From assembly GCF_009914755.1 (NCBI RefSeq), contig NC_060933.1: DNA of 64,000 bases. One strand, 5' to 3'. Positions 57,076 through 64,000 of this stretch are shown here, one piece after another (position 1 is the stretch's first letter; each line of letters starts with the position of its first letter). The notes beneath the pieces were generated by a model. The model was given only the letters and a program-made list of their open reading frames with translations, ran no database searches and was not told where the DNA came from. Source of the DNA: the human T2T-CHM13v2.0 reference genome, Homo sapiens. The position numbers were made by a program, and so were the translations under genes.

Positions 57076-57549
57076 CGTATTAGTTACTAATGGCTACTGT
57101 AAAAATATTAGGACAAACTTAGTGACTTAAAACAAGACAAATATATTATCTTAAAATTCTGGAGGTCAGAGGTCTGATATAGATTGTATTGGCTAAAATC
57201 AAGGCATGGGCCAGGCTGCAATCCTCCTAGAAGCTCTAGGGGAGAATCCATTTCTTTCCCCTTCCCAGTTTCTAGAGGCTGCCCATGTACCTTGGCTCAT
57301 GGCCCCTTCCTCCTATTTTCAAATCCAGCAGCACAGTATCTTTATATATCTCTCTAATCCTCCAGCCTCCCTCTTATAAAGACTCTTGTGATTATACTGA
57401 GCCTACATAGATAATTGAGGATAATCTCCCCATTTTAAGATCTTTACAACTTAATCATATCTGTAAAAAGCCTTTTGTCCAATAGGGTAACATATTCATA
57501 GGTTCCAGAGCATAGACATCTTTAGGGGGTGATTATTCTGTTCACCATA
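57076..57549 (-). mobile_element. MLT1C-like MaLR LTR inside an L2
   Basis: TTCTGGAGGTCAGAGGTCTGA..CTCTAGGGGAGAATCC..CCTTGGCTCATGGCCCCTTCC..GGATAATCTCCCCAT. Confidence 0.9.
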
Positions 57550-57759
57550 GATGGAAACAATGAAAATGGAAAGGAATTTTTAAAAATATATTTTAGAATA
57601 GTCTCCATGTGTTATAGATTCCAGGCACTTTTCCGGGGCATCCTTTGCAAAAATTCCAAGCATTTCTTATACTCTCATCCCTCAATGACAAATAATCCTC
57701 TTTTAAAAGTGAGAGGAGCAGTCACTGAATGGCAAGCAAGGAGGGGAAAAGTGAAATTA

Positions 57760-57784
57760 TATGCATGTGTGTATGTATGTGTAC

Positions 57785-57831
<47 letters not shown>

Positions 57832-57851
57832 CATATATATATATGTATATA
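57760..57851. repeat. (TG)n(TA)n microsatellite
   Basis: Directly visible. Confidence 0.95.
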
Positions 57852-58349
57852 GTTGAATGATTGAATTTTCATCCTGGTTCCAACACTCTTTATCTGAGTG
57901 TTCTTGGACAAGTCATTCATCTTCTCTGAGCCTCAGCCTTCTGGCCTCTCAAATGTGTCAACAATGTCAGTCCCGTTATTCGTGGGGTTGTCTATAGATC
58001 AGATCAGATCATGCACGCAGAAGAACTTAGTGCAGAGCCTACAACTAGATGAAGGTAAGAATTAGTGAAGAATTATCTCTGAATTTGAGATGTAAATCAT
58101 CTCTGTCTTCTGCTCCTTCCAGCTTTCTTGTCATGGTTCCTTCCTGCAGAAGGATTCAGTTCATTCAGGTTTCATAATGCTAACAGCTGGGAAGGTGGCA
58201 GGGAGGGCCACAAGGTCAAAGAGCCCTGGGAGGTTAAGTGGATTATATAATTTCACAAGAAAAATGATCAAAAGACTCAGAAGATCTCCCAGGGTTTCTG
58301 TGTTGCAGTCCAGGGTGCTTGATGAGCTACCAAGCTAGATGTTCTCTCA

Positions 58350-58570
58350 TTTACTAATGCTGACTGAGCACCTGCTCTGTGTGCCAGGCCCTGTGCTAAG
58401 TGCCTTTCAGGTATTATTATCCCATGTCATTTTCACACCAGCACCATTGGGTTGCCCCATCATGATTTCCATTCACAGAGGACAACAAGCCTTAGAGAGG
58501 TTTAGCCACTTCCCAAAGTAATATCACTAGTATGTGATAGAGAAGATAGGTCTGTCTAATTCTATAGTCC
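58350..58570 (-). mobile_element. MIR
   Basis: TGAGCACCTGCTCTGTGTGCCAGGCCCTGTGCTAAGTGC..CTTAGAGAGGTTTAG. Confidence 0.75.
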
Positions 58571-58811
58571 CTGCTTGTAATTACTTTTCAATACTCCTCC
58601 ACCAGTCAGTTGTGTCTTAGATATGAGTGTAAGAATAGAAATATTTTTAAAGCTAGCTGTTGACATTATTAACATGATTTTTTAAGATTTAAGTCCTACT
58701 GCAACCATTTTCAACAAATAAAAATAAGCCCCTGCCTGTGTACAAAATTCTTAATTGTATTATCTCATTTGATTTTTAGGTAGTGATTTTATCCCCATTT
58801 TATAGATGTAG

Positions 58812-59170
<359 letters not shown>

Positions 59171-60489
59171 AGGACTACAAAACTTATAAAGAAATTCTGG
59201 GTCTCAAGATCAATCTTCTGAATCCAAGTTCATTTTAGTTTTGCAAGAAACATCATGTAGATCAATTTCCTTATTCCACTCTGAGGAAACTAAGACCTGA
59301 TGGGAAGTGGCCAGTCTAAGAACACACAATGAGTCAGTACATTGGCTAAGAGGAGAGGCGGGCAACAGTCAGACGTGGTCGAATTCCAATTTTCTATTTA
59401 CTTGCTTCATGTCCTTAGGAGACTTTCTTGAATTTCTTTATTAAAGGGTACAGTCTGCTCATCTGTCAAATGAGGAGAATAAGACTTCCCAGAGATTTTT
59501 GTGAAGGTTTAACTCAAGATTGAAAGTGCTTGTTACATAGTAAATGGTGGCTCTAAGTGCCACAACTGAACCTAGAGTCCAGGAGTATGATCTCCCAGCC
59601 TGATGTGTGTTCCACCAAGACTCCCAGGTCTCTTTGCAATTGTTGGTAGTATCTGCAAACATAATGGCATGAGGTGATGAACGGAGTGTTCTCTAAGTCT
59701 AACCAGTGTGACTTCTGAAGCAGATTAAATGTACCAACTATATTCTCTTAGAGCTTCAATTGCCTTGGCCAATCTCTTCTTATTTTTACAGATAGAGCAA
59801 GGATCACCCTTTGCAAGCCCAAGTCTAATGATACCATCATTCAAGTAAGAGTAGATTCTGTTGTTACAAGTTTTATAAGGCTGAAAGAAATTGGTTGCAT
59901 TTGGCATGTCTGTGATACAGGTAGATGTTATTGTCATATTTTTTATAAAGTTTTCAGAAAAAAAACCTTCATGTTTGAATGTTTTATTATTTATATTAAG
60001 CTCTCTAAACTGCCCGGAAGTTCTTGTTTCATTTAAGAAATCTTAAATTTGAGACATAAACTTCCTGACGGTGTGGGTCCCTTTAAAGGTGATATATGCT
60101 CTGACAGCAGAGAAATAAGCCCAGTCGAGTGTTCTAACCACAGGATGGTAAAAGTCATGGTCAGGTTAGAAGAATCAATTAGAGTGGGAATGAGGCTGTG
60201 TAAATTTCAGGACTCAAATGGCAAAATATGAAGACAGGGCTGACTTCAAAGCCTTGCCTGATGTGATTGTATTTCATTTCCTGATTGGCAAGACAACTTT
60301 AAATGGGGTATTAAATTGGATTAAAAAAAAGCAGTTTTTTTTCTGTTTAAAAACAATACAAAGCAAGAAAAAAATAGATCCAGGTTAAGGTAACAACAAA
60401 TTTGAGGATTTATATGGGTATTTGAGAAAAGACAGCAAGCCTGGGGGAAAAAAATGTATTTGAAGTCAGAATTCTGAAAGGGAAGACTT

Positions 60490-60680
60490 TACGTCTCTGG
60501 CTGCATCAGCTGAAAGGGCTGTATTTATAGCAGGCGCGTGACTGCCTGGCTGGGTCCCGGCCACAACCTGGTGCAGCCAGCTCTGTGACACACTGTGAGT
60601 CTGTGCTGTGTGTTACATCAGCTGCAGATCTGATGTTTATAAGCAAACAACAGCTTTGGAATCTTAAAATAGATATCAAA
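60490..60680 (-). promoter_or_regulatory. Candidate TATA core promoter or enhancer
   Basis: Minus-strand TATAAATA (60522-60529) with a CA initiator-like dinucleotide 31 nt downstream; retained CpGs; two CAGCTG E-boxes; forkhead-like TGTTTAT and GCAAACA. Motif evidence only. Confidence 0.4.
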
Positions 60681-60729
60681 AGGGTGTCCATGCTTCCCAG
60701 CTAGGCTGACAGTGGAGTTCACAGAGGCA

Positions 60730-60990
60730 GAGGAGCACACTGGATGAGGGAGCTGGCTCTGGAATCCCGTGCATTCTAATCCTAGCTCAGAAACTTCCCA
60801 GCTGGGGCAAATAGTAAACCCAGCTGAGACTCAGTTTTGTCATCTGTAACACAGGGGGCACAAATTGGGCCTCATTTGCAGGATTGTATTTAAGATTAAG
60901 TTATATCAGCCAGGGAAGCCATTTAGCACACTGCCTGGCTTATAGTAAGCACCTAAAAATGTTAGTTATTGTCATATTATTATTATATAG
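60730..60990 (+). mobile_element. MIR
   Basis: CTCAGTTTTGTCATCTGTAA..GATTAAGTTA..TAGTAAGCACC..GTTAGTTATT. Confidence 0.8.
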
Positions 60991-61091
60991 GAAAGAATTG
61001 TTGGCTGTGAAGAGAAGGAGAGGTACTGAAATGTTTTCATCTCTAAGCTTTCCCCCTTCCCAACCATGCCCATTACATCTCACCCAAATTG

Positions 61092-61188
61092 TTCGGCTGG
61101 TGCAAAAGTAGGTTAGTACAAAAGTAATTGCAATTTTTGCCATTCAAAAGTAATGGTCAAAACCACAATTAACTTCGCACCAACCTAA
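61092..61188. mobile_element. MADE1 (Hsmar1 mariner MITE) with a duplicated left tip
   Basis: Near-palindrome TAGGTTAGTACAAAAGTAATTGC..CAATTAACTTCGCACCAACCTAA followed by TA. Confidence 0.9.
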
Positions 61189-62086
61189 TATGTCTTCAGG
61201 ACTAACTTCACCTCTATCTTGGTCTTATCCCAACTCTCTGAGCATATCTATGGCGATGACTAGACTAGGATAAGATAAGTATTTATGTAGTAGAAAGGCC
61301 ACTGGATTTGAAGGCTGAAGACCTGTGTTTAAACCTGTGAATATTACTTAGAGACTATGTGAGGGCCTGAGGGAGTCACTGTGCCTCCTTGAGGCTCAGC
61401 CTCCTTACCTTTAAAGTGGGATAATAAACTATATTCTTACATACTTACCTTGCAAGCCTGTTGTGGGGATCCACTAACTCAATAGGATATGACAGTGCCT
61501 TTGAATGGTAGTACAATGTCAAGGTGTTGTTAGGTAGCATTATAATTTATTTATTCTTAAATAAAAACTACTCTTGTAACTATCCATTTGGTACTTTGAA
61601 ATTTGGAAAGATGAAAAAGGGGAAATGAGAAAACAAGACAGGTGTCTCAGAACAGTGGAAAAGCTAAGCTAAAATAACAATGACAGCATACATGCTTGTG
61701 GTCGCCATCCCCAGTGCAGACATCACCAAACCTAAATATCACTCTTTCTCACTGAGCCCAGATAGAGCTTCAGGATCCTTCTTAACATAATGCTTCAAAT
61801 AAGGACCATCATTTATATTTATAACCTTCCAACACCATCAAATGGAAGAGCCCATTTAAAGATAGCAAAAAGGAAAACAAATGGCATAAAATTCTGAACC
61901 CTAGAGTCAGGCTTGGTATCTAATCCCAACTTTAGCACTTATTAGCTGGAAAGTCACTCAAAGTCTCAATTTCCTTATCTGTGCAATGGTAATATAAATG
62001 TCACCTTTATAAGAAAGTTGTGAATGTCTCAACCAGAGATGTCTGCCAAATGGTAAAAACGCAATTATTATTAGCTACTGTTATTA

Positions 62087-62160
62087 TCATTAATAACTTG
62101 CTTTCCCTTATTTGATATTCCATGTAAAGTCAACATAGAATAGTAGCAAGTTATTAATGA
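62087..62160. repeat. 16-bp perfect inverted repeat with a 42-nt spacer
   Basis: TCATTAATAACTTGCT (62087-62102) and AGCAAGTTATTAATGA (62145-62160). Confidence 0.9.
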
Positions 62161-63186
62161 GAATTAAAAATTATTTTACCTTCTTCCTTCCAAAAAACAA
62201 ACTAATAAGCAAAAGGCATCCAGAATAGTCTGGATGAATCATGAGTTTAAAAGATAGACAGCCCTAGGATTGAATACCATTACCACCATTACTAAATTTG
62301 CAATATTGTCTAAGTTGCTTCACCTCTCTTAGCCTCAGTTTTCTCATTTATAAAAGGGGAGAAACATTTTAGGGCATGGGAAAGATTAAATGGGATGATA
62401 TACATAATGTACTTGGCCCACAGTGCGCTCCAGATCAACGTTCCAATATTAGTGGGAAAAGAATGAATAAATACAGAGCATAATAGGATCAACTCAAATC
62501 CATTGAACTATTACAGAGGAAACATTTTCCTGAGAAGGTTAAATGAAATCAAATGTCTGAGGTAGATTAAACTTTTTTTCTCTCTCTTTCTCCTCATGTC
62601 ATATTTGTGTCCCCAGAATTTCATCTGCATAATGGAATGTGCTGATTGTGAATAGATGGTGCAATGTGCACAGGAGCATTCTCCAGAGGATAAACCGATG
62701 AAGGTTTTATAAGTCATTTGTAGGGCCATCTTCTCTGATTTCTCAGTATCTTAGCACTCCCTCAGAGTTCCATGTTCTAACCACCCATGCCCTCCCCTTC
62801 ATTTGAACATGATATGCTCAATGACCTGAAGGTTCTGAGGACTAAAGGGAATGTTGTATACTCCATACCTTTTCTTGGAGATCCCTAATGCTCATTCATC
62901 CAATAAAGGCACTGATAAGTCCTACAATTTAAACACACTAACAATAAATAAGTAACAATACTTATTTAACAGTATTGTTTCAATGTATCTGACCACAGAA
63001 ACCTTCTTTCATGTTCATACTTTCTTAACATCCTGCCTAATTACTATTTGGAAATTGCTGTTATGTTGAATTCCCCCAAATGACCAATGAAGAGAGAATT
63101 AAAAGCTGAATATTCACTATGATTATCAGGCAGCACTGCCAGAAGACATAAAATACAGACGCAACCAGGAACTGTTACTACCTCCT

Positions 63187-63622
63187 ATTGTGGGTTTCAT
63201 CGTGTCCCACAAAAGTTCGGTTTAAGTCCTAATCACCAGTATCTGTGAATGTGATCTCATATGGAAACAGTATCTTTGCAGATGGAGTCTAGTTAAGGTG
63301 AGATTGCACTGGATTAGGATGGACCCTAAATCCAATGACTGGTGTACTTTTACAGACAGATTTAAAGACACATAGAGCAGACATAGGGAAGAAGGATCTG
63401 TTAAGACAGAGGCAGAGATCGGAGTTATGCTTCCGTAAACAAAGGAACACCAAAGATTACCAGCAACCACCAGCAGCTGGAAGAAGGAAGAAAGGATCTT
63501 ACCCTAGAGGCTTCAGAAGGAGCTGGCACTGCCAACAACTTGATTTCAGACTTCCAGCCACCAGAACTCTGAAAGAATAAACTTCCATTATTTTCAGCAG
63601 GCAGCCCTAGGAAACAAGTATA
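63187..63622 (+). mobile_element. MLT1C-like MaLR LTR
   Basis: GGACCCTAAATCCAATGACTGGTG..AGACAGAGGCAGAGATCGGAG..GCAGCCCTAGGAAAC. Confidence 0.9.
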
Positions 63623-63624
63623 TT

Positions 63625-64000
63625 TGATGACCAGATATTTTTCCTTCATTCCTGGTTGCCCATCGTCAGTCTCCTTTCCTGGTTCCTACTAATTTCCCTT
63701 ACTATTAAATATTGGAGTATTCCAGGTAGAAGACTTTGAACCGTTTTTAACTCTACTGTAGCATACTTGCTACATACTTATTAGATCCAGGACCTTGGCT
63801 TCAACAGCATTTATGCGGTGATGCATTCTCATTGTAAATTTAAGGCATACTTAGTATGGCCAAAATGAAACCTTTGATCCTGTCCTGAAAAACAATTAAA
63901 AAAAAATTAAAAAAAAAAAACCTTTTCTTTCACTTAGCATCCTCCATCTCTGGAATGAACGAGTTCCCTCAGTTGCTTAGGTCAAATATCTAGGAGTCAT
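63625..64000 (+). mobile_element. L2 fragment
   Basis: CAGTCTCCTTT..AAATATTGGAGT..CTCAGTTGCTTAGGTCAAATATCTAGGAGTCAT. Confidence 0.65.

Noticed and set aside
60600-60650. ACATCAG..CTGATGT hairpin as a miRNA
   Set aside because: Only a 7-bp core stem and no known mature sequence

Overview
Primate (human-like) non-coding genomic DNA: AT-rich, CpG-depleted and dense in interspersed repeats. I count 10 Alus (J, S and Y types), several L1s, many MIR/L2 relics, an L3/CR1 end, ERV1/ERVL/MaLR LTRs and DNA-transposon relics (MER5A, MER47A, MER103C, MADE1). I see no protein-coding exon, RNA gene, CpG island or CRISPR array, and I cannot name the locus. The only ORF with a recognisable product (3636-4142) is the C-terminus of L1 ORF2p. 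The best-supported unusual structures are retrotransposition scars: (1) a young 5'-truncated L1PA with a 77-bp 3' transduction inside an 18-bp TSD; (2) an old L1M with a twin-priming 5' inversion and a surviving TSD; (3) a tail-less AluJ joined, inside its TSD, to a ~110-bp copy of DNA lying 2.3 kb away. There is also a candidate minus-strand TATA promoter or enhancer near 60.5 kb, a 16-bp perfect inverted repeat, and a few motif-rich repeat-free blocks. Subfamily calls come from my recall of consensus sequences, and boundaries of old repeats are approximate. I found no evidence of a novel multi-gene system.
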